Shown piece by piece: positions 1 through 14,605 of a stretch of DNA of 64,000 bases. The stretch's first letter is position 1, and each line of letters starts with the position of its first letter. This DNA is from Amoebidium appalachense (taxonomy: Eukaryota > Protista > Ichthyosporea). Under the pieces are notes generated by a model that saw nothing but the letters and a program-made list of their open reading frames with translations, was not told the origin of the DNA and made no database searches. The stretch is from assembly GCA_963693365.1 (NCBI GenBank), contig CAVNZM010000007.1:10165962-10229961 (forward strand), given 5' to 3'. Both the position numbers and the translations under genes were made by a program.

Positions 1-260
1 TGCGCAAACTAAGGTGCGCTCCGAGCCAATCGCTTTCTCATCCGACTCCTCGTGTGCATTCGTGAGCCAGCGACTGACGGAAACCCAAAAAAAAAAAGAG
101 AGAGAGAAAGAAAAAGAAAGGGATGGGGGAGGGGGAGGGGGAGAGAGGGAGGGGGGGATAGTGTTAGGGATGTAGGTTTTGCTAGATATTTCAATGACAT
201 ACTGAGGTGCGTGTTCATCTGTTTGAGACCGGTGTTGCATGAGCTGGAGGAGTTTGTTAC
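1..260 (-). CDS. Possible internal exons of an unidentified spliced gene running off the left edge
   Basis: Minus-strand segments 203-260 (cag|...|gtatgt) and 1-73 (pyrimidine tract + cag|) join in one open frame: NKLLQLMQHRSQTDEHAPHRWLTNAHEESDEKAIGSERTLVCA. A 25-nt micro-exon at 397-421 may precede them. No recognisable domain. Confidence 0.3.
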
Positions 261-1017
261 CTGGTAGTGCTGGGTGTTGGCTGGTTTTGCGTTTGAACTT
301 GACACCGCCATAGAACAAAGTAAATATACTCGAAATAATACCAAAAGTGCTGCCTCAGGCAAAACTGCAATGATATGGCACTTGGGGATGTGATACGTAG
401 CCCCTTCAACGGTGCGGCTTCCTACAACTAATCTGGTTGCACGCGGGGAGCTCGAGCACTGTGTTCGTTGAAATCTAGGCCCGTTGGGATTACAAGGATG
501 GCAGGAACCCAAGACATAACTGGTAAGGGTACTGTTTGTATCTGTTTTCCCCGAAGCTGCCTTCGAGGGTACGTAGAACACTTCGTTTCACGGCGTCCTT
601 TGCGGATTTGACAAGGGAACAGAAAAATCTCCGAGAGTGTAGCACTTAATGCGAGAAGCCTGATAAACGAAAACATACATGTGGGAAAATTTGTAGTAGG
701 TGAGTGGGGTAATGCAGGTTGTGTTTGTAATGGCTTCAGTCGTACAATAAATCAATGACCCGGGTGTTAGCGTGTGCATGTGCAGATTGAGGAACGGGTG
801 ATTCAGCCACATTCCGAATCGCACAAGTTTTGGAAGTGATTCTAAAACGAATGACCGAATATTTTATTCCTTTATTAGCCTTTGCCCCGTGGGTTCGCTA
901 TACACAACTTTCCATATCTTGCTTCTGATACTGTATTTCACTTGTGCGTTCTCCCGTTCTCTCTCCTCTAGGGTCACGTTATTTTTCTCTGCCCCTCTCC
1001 CCCTCTCCCCCCCGGCA

Positions 1018-1049
<32 letters not shown>

Positions 1050-1300
1050 CTTCCTTCCCGCCCCGCCGCTGGTCCCGAACGAAAATGCCGGCTCGTTCGA
1101 TTTCATCCACCTACACACACATACACACACAGGGTCACCCCACTGCACTGCCTCCCCAGCCTACATATTGCCTACCACTTACTTGAGGCGGTGTCTCCTT
1201 TCTTTTTTTTTTTCTTTTTTTTTTTAGCCGCCTGAGTAGATGTATAACGTCGCACGTGCGGCAAAACGTCAGTGCGTGTTAGACATACTGCCTGCCACAG

Positions 1301-1334
<34 letters not shown>

Positions 1335-2296
1335 ACAGACTCCCCCCCCCCCCCCCCCCCCCCCTCCCCCCAGCCTATCCTAGTGCCACGCGTGTAGCGT
1401 TGCGTGTGGTTGTGCGCATGCGCAGACTCAGGCCAGCCTGGTGATAGCCTGTGACACCAGTTGTTGTCTTGCGTGTATCGTGTCACGGTCACAAACATTC
1501 TTTGTCACCGTGTGTGTCTGATTGGTCGCGACTGCACCTCTCACCCGGAGGGGGGTAAACGGGGTCACCTCTAAATCGTTATACAAACATGATATGCAAA
1601 CTGCTGTGGCACACACTGTGGTCTCTTTCTTTTATCTATTTTACTTCAAAAACTAATAGAAAAAGAGTATGATATTTTAATGACACTCTATGTGTACCCT
1701 TGCTCTTTTTTCTAATCAAACTAATATTGGCTGACGCACGTGTCATGGACTCATTTCCTGCCTTGTTATTCTCCGATTGGCTCAGCAGCACATCTGTGTT
1801 TTGATTTGTTCATTCGGTATCACCTGTATTCCAAGGGAAAATCCTCGAACGATCGAATTCGAACGCTGTGGTTCGTTCCATAAATTCAGAGAAGTAAAAA
1901 TAGACACAGAGAACTTACGGACGCGCTCAAATGAGCCTCACTGCGTTTTTCTTGTCTCTTTTCTCTCTTATCTCGCTGCTTGAGCATCTCACCTGCGCAT
2001 ATATATTGCTTGTTGTGATCCATTCCTTTTTTTTTTTTTTTTTTTTTTTTTTTTGCAGTTGGAGTGCAAAGGTTTTTGTTCCACATAACCTCCATAACCG
2101 AGTTCTTTTTTCTCAGCACATGACCTTCATGTCGTCCCCTAAGAATCCAGGAATCATTCATTTGGCAAAATTTAGGGCCGTTCTGGAGGTGTTCTTTTAG
2201 CATTACACCTCCGAATCCACTCTGGTTTTTTCAACACAGTGGGAACACCTGCAGTTCGACGTATACGTTACGGTAGGCAGTTCCAAGAAATCAGCC

Positions 2297-3988
2297 ATGA
2301 CTGCACATACGGAGGGAGAGGGCCACGGTTATGGGGTCGATACAAAGAAGGACATGGCAGTTATAGTTAAAATGAAAGACGGAGAAAGCTCTGACGAAGA
2401 GGGGCATGCAGCAAAAGGAACGAAGAACGGTGACTGGACACCGTCACATGGCCTCACCCAAGCAGGTAATGCTTTTGAATGATGATTTCTCCCTTCTGGT
2501 TTGCCTTGATTTCAGTACCATGTGTGTCCTTTTTCTTTTCGTTACATCACAAGCAATTCAGGGCCAAGAATCGGAAAGCGTGTGGGATGAAAGTTTGATC
2601 AATTTGCATGGCTGTGACACAGTACTAGTGTAACATTTATTGTTTGCTGATGTAAGTAACAGCAGCATTGTGACGACGTTTGTGTCTCCGTTCTTTGTGT
2701 AAAACCTGGGCAATGGGAGGATGGGCACGACCATTTCCCGGTGAGTTATGTGTAGACCTCGAATATTGAACGGTTTTGTATTAGGCTCACAGCAACAATT
2801 GGCTTGTGCGTTGCTTTTAAGACATCAAAGTTTAACTGCTCATGTAGAGATTTCCAAGGCTTTTACGGGAGAGTCACTGAGCTGGGAGACGTGTGTACTT
2901 GCCGGAGTATGCACCACATTTCTGATGAAAACTCCTGCTTTTCCAGAGGCGGAGGAGTTGATGAAAAAATGGGGGCGAAACGAGCTTGTAGAAAAAACAA
3001 CACCGTCATGGCTGATTTTCCTCCAACAGGTAACTAAAAATTCCCCAAGGTGAGATTGGGACTGGGTTGCCTTTCAGATAATGATTCGTTTAGTGGGCAT
3101 TTCATGTGATGTTTCATGATTCAGTTATGTTTCAACTCTTTTTTCACACTCATTGGGGGGGCGGGGGGGGGGGGGGGGGGGGGGGGGGAAGGGGCTGCTT
3201 TCCACCTGTAACAACAGCGCCTTTTGCCATTTACTGTGTACATATAGGGTTACATTTCCGAACCTGAGGCAAGTTTCCAAGTAACACAGCCAATAAGGAA
3301 ATGTATACGTAATATGCATTCCCGTGCACATATACACGTTCATGTTATTCACGCTACTCTGGTAAGAACAGGGTAAGAACGAGAAGAACGAAAACAGAAA
3401 TTACAGCGCTGTTGCCTGCATGAGCCCGACATCTGGGCTGCACATACATCTCACACACCACTCTTGCTCTCCCTCCCACACAGTTGTATGCGCCCATGCC
3501 CATCATGATCTGGATTGCCGTGGTCATTGAGGCAGCCATCCAAAACTGGATAGACATGGGCATTCTTCTTGGTATTCAGTTCTGCAATGCAACGATTGGC
3601 TGGTATGAGATCACAAAGGCTGGGAATGCGGTGGCGGCTCTTAAAGCGTCCCTCAAACCGCAAGCGACGGTCAAGCGAGACGGCCAATGGAAAACCATGG
3701 ATGCAGCACTGCTGGTGCCCGGTGACCTCGTGCTACTGGCATCTGGCTCTGCTGTTCCTGCTGACACACGGGTGAGCTTCTCTCTCTTTCTCTGCAAGGC
3801 CCTCTCTCGACTCTCTCGCTCCCTGACAGATCTCGCTCCTCTCTCCCTCCCTCCCCCCTCCCCCATGCACCCCTCCTCCCCCCCCCCCCCCCCCCTCTCC
3901 CAGCCTTTCTAAGTCTATCACAAACACACACACACACGCGTGCGTGCGCTCTCCCTCCCTCCCTCCCTCTCTCTCTCTCTCTCTCCCT

Positions 3989-4019
<31 letters not shown>

Positions 4020-6160
4020 CCTCCCTCTCTCTCTCTCTCTCTCTCTCTTTCTTCCCCCTCCCCTCTCCCTCTCCCTCCCCATCTGTGCTTGTCTCTTTCT
4101 CGTCCCACCCTCCGTTTCAGGTTCTCTCTCTCCCTTGTTCTCGTTCTTCTTTCCACATGTGTACAGATACCGTATGCGCACACATGCACTCAGGAACACA
4201 CTCGCGCAGGCGTCCGTGCACACACACGCACACGTGTCGAAGCCACAGCCAACCATCTCCTTCGTCTTAAAGGCCATTTTGTCATCCTTTATGGTGGTGC
4301 CAATGTTTGTGCCGGCCACTTGAACCCCACGTTTCACTCTGCCCCCCCCCCCCCCCCCCCCCCCTCCCCCCTTGCCCCCTTTTCAGACTTTTTGCTCACT
4401 GTCGAGATTAGCCACGGTGGGCACATTCTTTGCCATTGATAACAGTGCCGGGTATTACTATACATACTTTCGGCCACCGGACACATTTGTGAATATAGCG
4501 CATCACACTCAAAGACTAGGTCATTACAGCGCACTAAGTCATTATTCTGCTGCAGGTCAACCACGGTCAGATCCAAGTAGACCAGGCGGCACTGACGGGC
4601 GAGAGCCTACCAGTCACCTTCTACCCTGGTGATGATGCCAAGATGGGCTCAACAGTGGTGCGCGGTGAAACAGAGGGCACAGTCATGGTACGTTGGGCCC
4701 TATTCTAATCCCTCTCCTCTGAGTCTCAGACTCTCTCCCTCGCTTCTCCTTTTTTTTCTACTGGTCCCTGTCTGCCCACGCATCTTCATGTCTGCACTCT
4801 GTTTTTGTCTCTTGCATGTAAGATACTGGATGTGTATTAATCGGGCGTGTTTGCAGGGGTCGAGCATAGATGAGCAGCTTGTCGTGCTAGCTCCTTCCCC
4901 CTCCCTCCCTCCCTCTCTGCCCTCCCCCTCCCCTCTCCCCCACTTTCCCCCCATCCACTTTCCAATCTCCTCCTCTCGTAGGTGTCCTGTCCAGCCGACC
5001 CCTCCTCCCCCCCCCCCCCCCTTCTCCCCCCTCCCCCCCCCCCCCCCCGCCGGTGCGGAGCCCGCACACCCGCTAGCTCCCCCCCCCAGCCCGCCGCCAC
5101 AGCACAGGAGAATCCGGTGTGATTGCCAGAACTAATGAAATGCCCATTCCTTTGTGCATAGACTTGCACACACACACACCGTCATTAGGCGTGGGTTCAT
5201 TTTCTCGTTTCCTCTCTTCCAGGAAACCGGGATGAACACGTTCTTTGGCAAAACAGCATCCATGCTGCAGCAAGGAGACGACCTAGGCAACCTACAGAAG
5301 ATCCTTCTACGCATCATGTTCGTGCTTGTGGCGCTCTCCCTTCTGCTGTGCGGCATAGCCCTCATCTACCTCGTGGTGGGCCGCAAGATCAACTTCAAGG
5401 AGGCACTGTCCTTTGTAGTTGTGCTGCTGGTTGCATCCATCCCCATAGCCATTGAGATTGTGTGCACGGCCACCCTTGCACTGGGTTCGCGCCAACTGTC
5501 CCACCACGGGGCCATTGTGACGCGACTGACGTCTATTGAGGAGATGGCTGGAATGAACATGTTGTGCTCGGACAAGACCGGCACCCTGACCCTCAACAAG
5601 ATGGTTATCCAGGTGCGCTGGTTGGTTGATTGCTTACTTAAAATTGCTGCTGCCTGGGCATAACCATAAATTTGACCTGTGTGAATGCGTTTGTGAATGA
5701 GTGACACGTGCCATATGAGTCTGGGTGTATGTGCTTTTGCGCAACATAAACATTTGAACGCCTTGGTACAAACACACACATAACCTTGTGCCCAATACCA
5801 CCACACCAACCAAGCATATTGTACTACCCAACGTTGTTACAACCTCCTCCTTCCCCCATTTATCCCTTTCTAAAAGGATCGTATCCCCTCCTTGCCCCGC
5901 TCTTCCCCGCCCCCCCCACCACCCACCCCCCCCATTCTCTCCTCCCCCAGGCCTCCTCCCGGCACCTCCGTTTCTTTCCCCCCCCCCCCCCCCCCCCCCC
6001 CCCCCGCCCTCCCCCCGAAAGCACACACAGACACATCCCATCTCCCTGCCTCCCTGCCTCCCCCCCCTCCCCCCCCCCCCCCCCCCCTTGCCCCCCAAAT
6101 CCCCTTTCCCTCCCCTCCCCCCCGGGTCCCTCCCGACACATACCTTCCCTGCCGCCCCCC

Positions 6161-6191
<31 letters not shown>

Positions 6192-7016
6192 AAACAGACA
6201 CACACACATCCCATCTCCCTGCCTCCATCATCCCCCCCTCCCCCCCTCCGCCCCAAAAAAATATTAGAAACACCGGTGCTACCACCACCACCTACCCACA
6301 CACCCACACACCCACCCTTCCGTCCCTTACACTATCTCCCATTCTCTTCTTCGCTAGTCCCCCCCCCCCCCCCCAACCACATGGATCTGCTCATCATCCT
6401 TTCATGCCTGAAGTGCTCATATAAGCAACAAGAGCGGAGCATTTTCTAACGTAACAGGTGCACGCCGAGCACCTGCCCAAGTGCTCACCGTTGTGGATCA
6501 CAGGAGGACACCCCCATCTTCACGCCCGGGGAGACCCAAAAGACCATTCTCCAAACTGCAGCGCTTGCAGCCAAGTGGAGGGAGCCAGCCCGTGATGCCT
6601 TGGACACCCTTGTGCTTGGTGCTGCCGACCTCTCAGCCCTAGACATGTACAGGCAGGTGGACTTCATGCCCTTCGACCCCACAGTCAAGCGCACAGAGGC
6701 AACCTTGGAATGCCCAGATGGCCGGGTGTTCAAGACGACCAAGGGGGCACCGCAGGCCATTTTGAAGATCTGCTGGAATCAGGACCAGATTCATGATGCC
6801 GTGTGGGCAAAGGTCAATGAGTTGGCTGGCCGGGGTATCAGATCTCTGGCTGTGGCAAAAACAGGTGTGCTAAAAGTTACATGGCTACACGTGAACATTC
6901 CTGCTGTCTATTCCTGTGTGTGCTACTTCTTCTTAATCCCACTTCGCTTCCCACACACGGTGCACCCGTTCAGCTACCCCCTTCTTTTCCCTCTCTCCCG
7001 CCCTCCACTCCTCCCT

Positions 7017-7051
<35 letters not shown>

Positions 7052-10000
7052 CTTCTCCCCCCTCCCCCCCCCCCCAAAAAAAAGAACACCCCCCTACACT
7101 TTCCTGTTTCCCCAACCATTCATCCCACCCATCCAACCCCTTTCAAACTGTTCCCGTGCATGTTATATGCTGCTAAACGACATTTTATTTCTATCCACAA
7201 TATCCGCGTCTTTCATTATTCCCATACTCCCCCCCCCCCCCCCCCCCCCCCCACCCCCACCTCCTCCCTCCCTTCCTCCCTCCCACTCTTGTCCCCTCCT
7301 CGGTTCCCCTTTTCCCCACCTCCTCTCCAAGTCCCCCCTTCCCTCCCCCCTCCTCCCCCCCCCCCCCCCCCCCCTTCCGCAGCACACACACCGACCCACA
7401 CTGTGTCTCCCACTCCACCCCACTCTCTTGTTCTATCTGTCCCCCCTCCCCCCCCCCCCCCCCCAAAAGGGGGGGGGGAGGGGGAGAGGGGGGGGGCTTC
7501 CCCCGCTGTTGTTATAATCATTCATCTAAACCGTATTGGACTTCACCATCCTCCCCTTTCCCCCTCCCCCCCCCCCCCCCCCCCACACACACACACCCAC
7601 AAAAAAAAAAAGGAAGAAACCAAAAACTGTAAGGTACACAAGACCTGCACAGGTACCACATACTGACTTGCTCGTTGCACGGACAGACGAGCAAGGGCGG
7701 TGGAACATGCTTGGCATGCTTACGTTCCTGGACCCACCTCGGCACGACACCAAGGAGACCATCGAGAAGGCCCTGGCCCAGGGGGTGGACGTCAAGATGA
7801 TCACCGGGGACCATGTGAGTGGCCAGATATCACAGCACACCCGATAAATTCTGGTGCAGGGCCCAAAGGGGGAGGGGGGGAGGGGGCAAGGGGGAGGAAT
7901 TAAGGACTGCTGTTTGCGCGTCTAGTCCCTCAAACCCACCTTCCTCCCCATAGTCCAACTCCCTCCTCCCCCTCCCCCCATCCTTCCCCCCCCACGTAGA
8001 TAAAATGCCGATGGGGAGCATCGGCTATTTTAATGGATATGCAGTAAGGTCAACATACCAGGGACGTGCTATTACCCTTAGCATCCGACCATCGTTGTGC
8101 GGTTGCTGCAATGTTGTCTTGCACCATACATCCTGCCTTTTTTCCCTTTCCTCATATGCCCACACGCCCTCCTTCAGGCCATCATTGCCAAGGAGACTGC
8201 ACGTGCTTTGGGCATGGGGCAGAATATCCCCAATGCCAAGGGCCTACCTACACTGGATGCAGACGGCAAGGTGCCCCAGGGCTGCGAGAAGTTTGCCCCC
8301 ATGATCATCGAGGCCGATGGCTTTGCTGAGGTATTTCTTCTAACCCCCCTCTCCCCCTTTTCCAAAATAAAAGAAAAAGTAAAAAGAAAACGAAAAACAA
8401 AAGGAAAACTTTGAAGGGGAAAAAAGCCTTCCCCCCTCCTCCCCCCCCCCCTCCCCCCCCCACCCACACACACACGCCTTCCCTTCGCCCCCCCCCCCCC
8501 CCCCCCCGCTTCCCCCCTCCCCCCCCCAAAAAAAAGATCCCCCCCCCATCTGAGCGGGCCATCTCCCCCCCCCCCCCCCTCCCCACACACACACACACAC
8601 ACACGTGCACGTAATATGTATGGCTCCTGAATTATGTGTTCGCTACATTCAACTCCGTCGTTTCTGGATCTCAGCCTGTCCACTTTAGCCTTTTGTTTGT
8701 CCTCCGATCCCCCCCCCCCCTCCCCCCCCAGGGGAGCGGCCTTCTTTCTTCCTTTCCACTTCTCTATTACTGCTGCTAAGGCTTTCTCGGCTTATGCCTA
8801 TCCCCCCCCCCCCCCCCCCCCCCCAAAGAAAAAAAAAAGAAAAAAATAAATCGTTTTCTCACTGCCCGTATCTCTTCTTCCCAAACCTACACCTGTCTGC
8901 TAAGATATATTGCTCCGGCACACAAACAATACAGGATAACATATAGAATATCCGACTGTCCATGTGTTAGTGATCGTTCATCTTCCTTCCAGGTGTTTCC
9001 GGAGCACAAGTTTATGATTGTGGAGGTTCTCCGAAAGGCCGGCTTTGCTGTGGGGATGACGGGTGATGGGGTGAACGATGCCCCAGCCCTGAAGAGAGCA
9101 GATGTTGGCATAGCTGTGTCGGGTATGAGTCTTTGGAGAAGGGTTTTTTTGGGGGGGGGAGGGGGGGGAGGGTGTTAAAGAGCAAGGGGGTCGGAGAGGA
9201 GGGGGGGGGGGGGGAGGGGAGGAGGAGGAGGATGCATGGAGAGGGAAGGGGAGCGTGTGTTTGTGCGTGTGTCTCTTTTTTTTTCGCGGGGGGGGGGGGG
9301 GGGGGGGGGGGAGAGGGAGGGGGGGGGGGGTTTGGCCAAGAGGGCTTGGTAGGAACGACCGGTGTGTATATGGGGGGAGGGAGGGGGGGGAAGGGTGATA
9401 TCGGGGTAAGAAACGATGTGTCGGGAGAGAACTTGGAGGTGTGTGTTATGTGTCTCCGTCTGTGTGTGTGTGGTGGTGGTGGTGGACAGCGGTGGTTGGG
9501 GGGGGGGGGGGGGGGGGGGGGGGGAGAAGCAATGTGTGTGTGCGTGTTTGTGGGGGGAGGGGGTGGAAGCAGTGTATGGAGTCATTGAGTGGGAAGAGGC
9601 GTGTGTGTTTGTGTGTGTGATTTTTGGTTGGGGGGGAGGGGGGGGGGGGGGGGGGGGGGGAGGCCAGAGGGGCAAGGTAGAAAGGAGGGCCCGGGTGTGT
9701 GTCTGTGTGTTTGGGGGAGAGGAGGGAGGGAGGGGGGTGGGGTTGATGGAAGAAACGACGTGTGGGAGAGAACTTGATGTGCGTGTGTGTGTGTGGTGGT
9801 GGTGGTGGAAGTGATGAGACGGGCGGGTGGGAGGGTTAGAGTGGCGTCTGGGGAAACGACATGTGGGTGAGATGGTGTGTGTGTGTGTGTGTGTGTTGTG
9901 TGTGTGTGGGGAAGGGGGGAATGGGGTGGGTGGTAGGGTGGAGGGGGGGGGGGGGGGGATGGGTGGGGGGCGGCAGGGGGGGGGGGGGAGGTGGGGGGGG

Positions 10001-10409
10001 GGGGAGGGAGGGGGGGGGGGCTGAAGGGGAAGTTGGGGAGGAAAAGGAAGAATTAATGTGTTCTGTGTAAGTGGAAGTGATGTGTGGATGAATTTTTTTT
10101 TTTTTTTTTTTTTTTTTTTTGGGGGGGGGGGGGGGGGAGGGGGAGGGGGGAGGAATAGGGTTGTAGGCTTAATATGAGTGAAAATTATATGCTGAGTGTT
10201 GATGTGTGGTGGTGGGTGGGTGGGGGGTGGAGGGGGGAGCATGGCCGTCTTTGTTGAAAGGCTGGCCTTCTTTGGAGTTTTGTGTTGTCTGCACGCTCTG
10301 TGTATGAGGATGGATGGTGGTATACAGTTGGTGGCATGAACGGGTTTTTGTGTGTGTGTGTGTGTGTGTGCGTGTGTTTCTTACTTTTTTTTTCTTTCTT
10401 TCTTTTTTT

Positions 10410-10440
<31 letters not shown>

Positions 10441-12265
10441 GGGAGAGGGGGGGGGGGGGGGGGAGGGGCTGAATGGCAAGCGCATGTGGGGACTCATTAG
10501 ACCGGGGGGGAGACAGTGTCTGCTTGTGCAAGGTGGGAAGGGGCGGGGGGAGGGGGGAGGGGGGAGGAGAGAACACACTCCACACCACTCAATGCACTAT
10601 AGCAGCATGCATCCCCCTGGGCACATATAACGTGTGGGATGGTGGGGATGGTCTGTGCGCACCCCCATGCACGTTAGTGACCGTTGCCTGCAGGAGCCAC
10701 GGATGCGGCACGTGCAGCAGCCGACATGGTGCTGACACAGGAGGGGCTGAGTGTGATCATCCATGCCATCATCATTGCACGCTGCATCTTCAAGCGCATC
10801 CAGAACTTCATCAACTATCGTATCGTATGTCTGCCTCCGAACCTCCTTCAACCCCTCCCCCCTCACCCCTACCCTCCCCCCCCCCAAAAAAAAACAACAC
10901 CCTCCTATCTCTCACCGACTGCCACACTGCTGCTAACGTCAACCTACCCTCTATTTTCTCCCCCCCCCCCCCCCCCCCTCCCCTCCCCCCCCCCCTCCCC
11001 CCTCCCTCCCCCCGCACATCTTCTGACTCCAACCCCCGTTTTCCCGCTAGGCCTGATTGCTTTTCCCCGTTCCCATGATGCCTGTACTTACACTGGCAGA
11101 CTTTTGTTCGTGCAGCCACATAGGTAGGCCAACACACTGACCAACTTGCACAAACCCACCCAGGCGGCTACGCTGCAGCTGCTAGTGTTCTTCTTCATTG
11201 CAGTGTTTGCCTTTACCCCAGAGCACTACTCGGACGCAGCCAACATCCAGCCCGCCTGGCCCGAATTCTTCTCTTTGCCCGTGCTCATGCTCATGCTCAT
11301 CACTCTCCTCAATGACGGCACCCTCATTTCTATTGGCTACGACCACGTCAAGCCCAGTGAACGACCTGAAAAGTGGAATCTACGTGTACTTTTCCTGATC
11401 TCCGTTGTGCTCGGGGGGGTGGCCCTAGCGTCTTCCCTTCTATTTATTTGGGGCGCCCTGGATTCAAACAACCCCAATGGCATGTTCCGCAAGCTGGGGC
11501 TTCCGGCCATGCCTTATGGGGAGATCATCTGCGCCATGTATCTCAAGGTAGGTGGAGAAACACAGGCGGATACAGATTGTGGGGCTAGAAAATTGGTTCG
11601 CTTTAGGCCTTTGCTTTAGGAGCAATCAAGAGACCCGGGTGAGCCAGCTAGACATATGTTTACGAGGGGCACCTGAGCTCCTACAGTTTGCGCCTTGCAA
11701 TGCCTGCCTTGTAAATTACAAGCTTGCGGGTGCACAAACTTTAAGTTATAAATAGCACAAGATGCCCTTATATGGGTTGTAGTGGTTCTATCGGCCAATC
11801 ATATGCTATTTACGGAAATGCACAGTTTTTTTTTTTTGTCGCTCTCCGAGGGCCTTTGCATGTAAGTGCGTTGAGCTGGTGCAATGCACCGCAAATCTTC
11901 ACCCAGTGTCTACCAATGTATATTTCATCCTATCAGCTCCATACCCCAGTTCCTAACACTCTTTTGTACATGCAGGTGTCTCTGTCGGACTTCCTCACTC
12001 TATTCAGTGCGCGCACCACGGGGTTCTTCTGGACTGCCCGGCCTGGCTATCTGCTGCTGGGTGCTGCCGGGGCCGCGCTTTCCCTGTCGACCATTCTTGC
12101 GTGTGTGTGGCCCAGTGGGCACACGGATGGGATCCCCACGCAGGGGCTGGGCCGGGGGGAGTACAAGCTGTGGGCGCTGTGGCTGTGGATCTACTGTCTG
12201 GTCTTCTTCCTTGTCCAGGATGCATGCAAGGTAGCTTGTTGAGAAAGCAATTCCCCCCCTCCCCT

Positions 12266-12296
<31 letters not shown>

Positions 12297-12376
12297 CCCG
12301 GGGTGATTCTGCACGTGTAACGTGCACGTGCAGAGACAGCCGTAACTTAACCCCTCCCCCTCCCCCCTCCCCCCCC

Positions 12377-12408
<32 letters not shown>

Positions 12409-12448
12409 AAAAAAAAAAAAAAAAAACCGGGTGAGACCTTTTGTGTGT

Positions 12449-12479
<31 letters not shown>

Positions 12480-13751
12480 GGGGGGGGGGGCCAAAAACCA
12501 TCACATGTGCACCTCCAGGCCTTCTTATGGCTATTAGCATACCGAGCATTGCTGCACAAGACGCATAGCCTGCCTAGCCAGTGTGATGGTGGGAGCCGTG
12601 GATGAGGCTATGACGGCATCTCAAGCCCCTTTATCATAATTAAGTAACATGGCAATTGCAGCCCATTCCAAAGACATGTGGGAACTAACGCGAGCACACG
12701 CACAGGTGCTGACGTACATGGTGGTGCTCAAGTACGACATCTTCCAGGCCCGCACATGCGCCCTGGTGAACCTGCGTGAGGCCCACCACATTGACGATGC
12801 AGACCGGCCCATGGCCCGGGCATCAGTGGGTGCTGTGGAGAATAAGATCCTGGCACGTAAGGTGGACAGTGCCGTCAATGTGCTCAGTAGGGCCGAGCAG
12901 CAGGACAAGAACAACCCGGCATACAAGGAGATCAAGGAGGTGTGTCAGTGCATGCTCGTATAATCATTGGCTCTGGGTCATGTGTTGCAAGATTGGAAAA
13001 TATTGCTGTGTGGATTTCAAAATTCCTTGCCAGCTCCGCTTGGGTGAGGGGCCGGATGTGCTACAGCTGATAGCATATAATAGCATATAGCATACGCAAG
13101 TTGTTGTGCTACACACCAACCTCTGTACTTGTGCAGCGCATTATTCGCCGTGACTGTTCAAGCTACCAGACATTACATTCAGTTTAGCAACGTGCTTTTA
13201 CAGTGTGGCTGTTGCGCTAACTGTGTGCTGCCAACCACAGAATCTCCTTGCCGTACACCGTGAAGCCTCACAGGGGCTGACTGAGGCGCGCAAGTCCAGC
13301 AGCAGTGCCGTTCTTCCCCGGGCATCTCTTGCAGCCCGGCCATCTGCTGCAGCCAGCCAGGGCCAGGCAAGGGCATCAGCAGGCCGGGCCAGCACGTCTG
13401 TGGAGGCTGGCACGGCCGTGCACCCGGTGGTGGCGGCTATCGACCAGGCTGCACGGGCAGTGAACCCACACATGGCCCCGGCCCTCAACGCCGCGGTAAG
13501 ATTGGCTCACTGTGTGCACGTGCATCATAGAGTGTGGTCGCAATTGTAACCCCGTGTTGGCCTTCCTATTCGTCCACAACCTTGGGCACGCCCAAAAACT
13601 GTGCGGTATTGGGCTAAGTTGGCACACATGGTGGGTGCAGAAATTGATGAGAATGAGTGATTGGTGCGGGAGAAGGGGATAGACTCGGGGGGCTCTGTGT
13701 GGGTGTGGGTGTGTTTCACTTTTTTTCTTTTTTTTTTCTTTTTTTTTGGGT

Positions 13752-13790
<39 letters not shown>

Positions 13791-13854
13791 CAGCCTGAAA
13801 GGACGGAAGTGTATGTGGTGTAGTGGTGGTGTAACCAGTTTTTTTTTTTTTTTT

Positions 13855-13910
<56 letters not shown>

Positions 13911-13974
13911 CAGCCTGAAAGGACGGAAGTGTATGTGGTGTAGTGGTGGTGTAACCAGTTTTTTTTTTTTTTTT

Positions 13975-14005
<31 letters not shown>

Positions 14006-14047
14006 GAGGGGAGGGGGAGAGGGGGAGAGGGGGCAGGAGAGAGGTAA

Positions 14048-14083
<36 letters not shown>

Positions 14084-14163
14084 GGTTGCAGCCTGAAAGG
14101 ACGGAGGTGGATATGGTGTAGTGGTGGTGTAACCTTTTTTTTTTTTTTTTTTTTTTCGGGGAA

Positions 14164-14198
<35 letters not shown>

Positions 14199-14560
14199 AG
14201 GGAGGGCATCATGCACGTAATCTGGGTGGGTGAATGAGCTGTGTCTATCGGTAGATGGCCGCACCAGCGGCTGTTGTGGGTTGCTTATCAGGGCCTGTGG
14301 GGTCAGTCCGTGCATGCATGGGTGTTGTGTGTGAAAGGCCTGCTGCAACTGTGCAGTGCACGTATGGGCCCGCTTTCATGTCGATTCCGGTACAATACAA
14401 GTGCACGACTCGAAGCGTGTGCATACCCAAGGCACACTTGCACAGCAACATCCTCGGAGGCATTCACTCACCCCCCCCCCCCCCCCCCCCTCCCACCCCC
14501 TCCTTCCCCCTTCTCCGCCTCCCCCCTCCCCCCCTCTCTTTCCCCTCCCCCCCCCACCCC

Positions 14561-14605
<45 letters not shown>

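Noticed and set aside
5634-10630. Many poly-Pro, poly-Gly, (HT)n and (CV)n ORFs here and throughout the window, resembling extensins or formins
   Set aside because: They are translations of intronic homopolymers and dinucleotide repeats lying between exons of well-supported genes.
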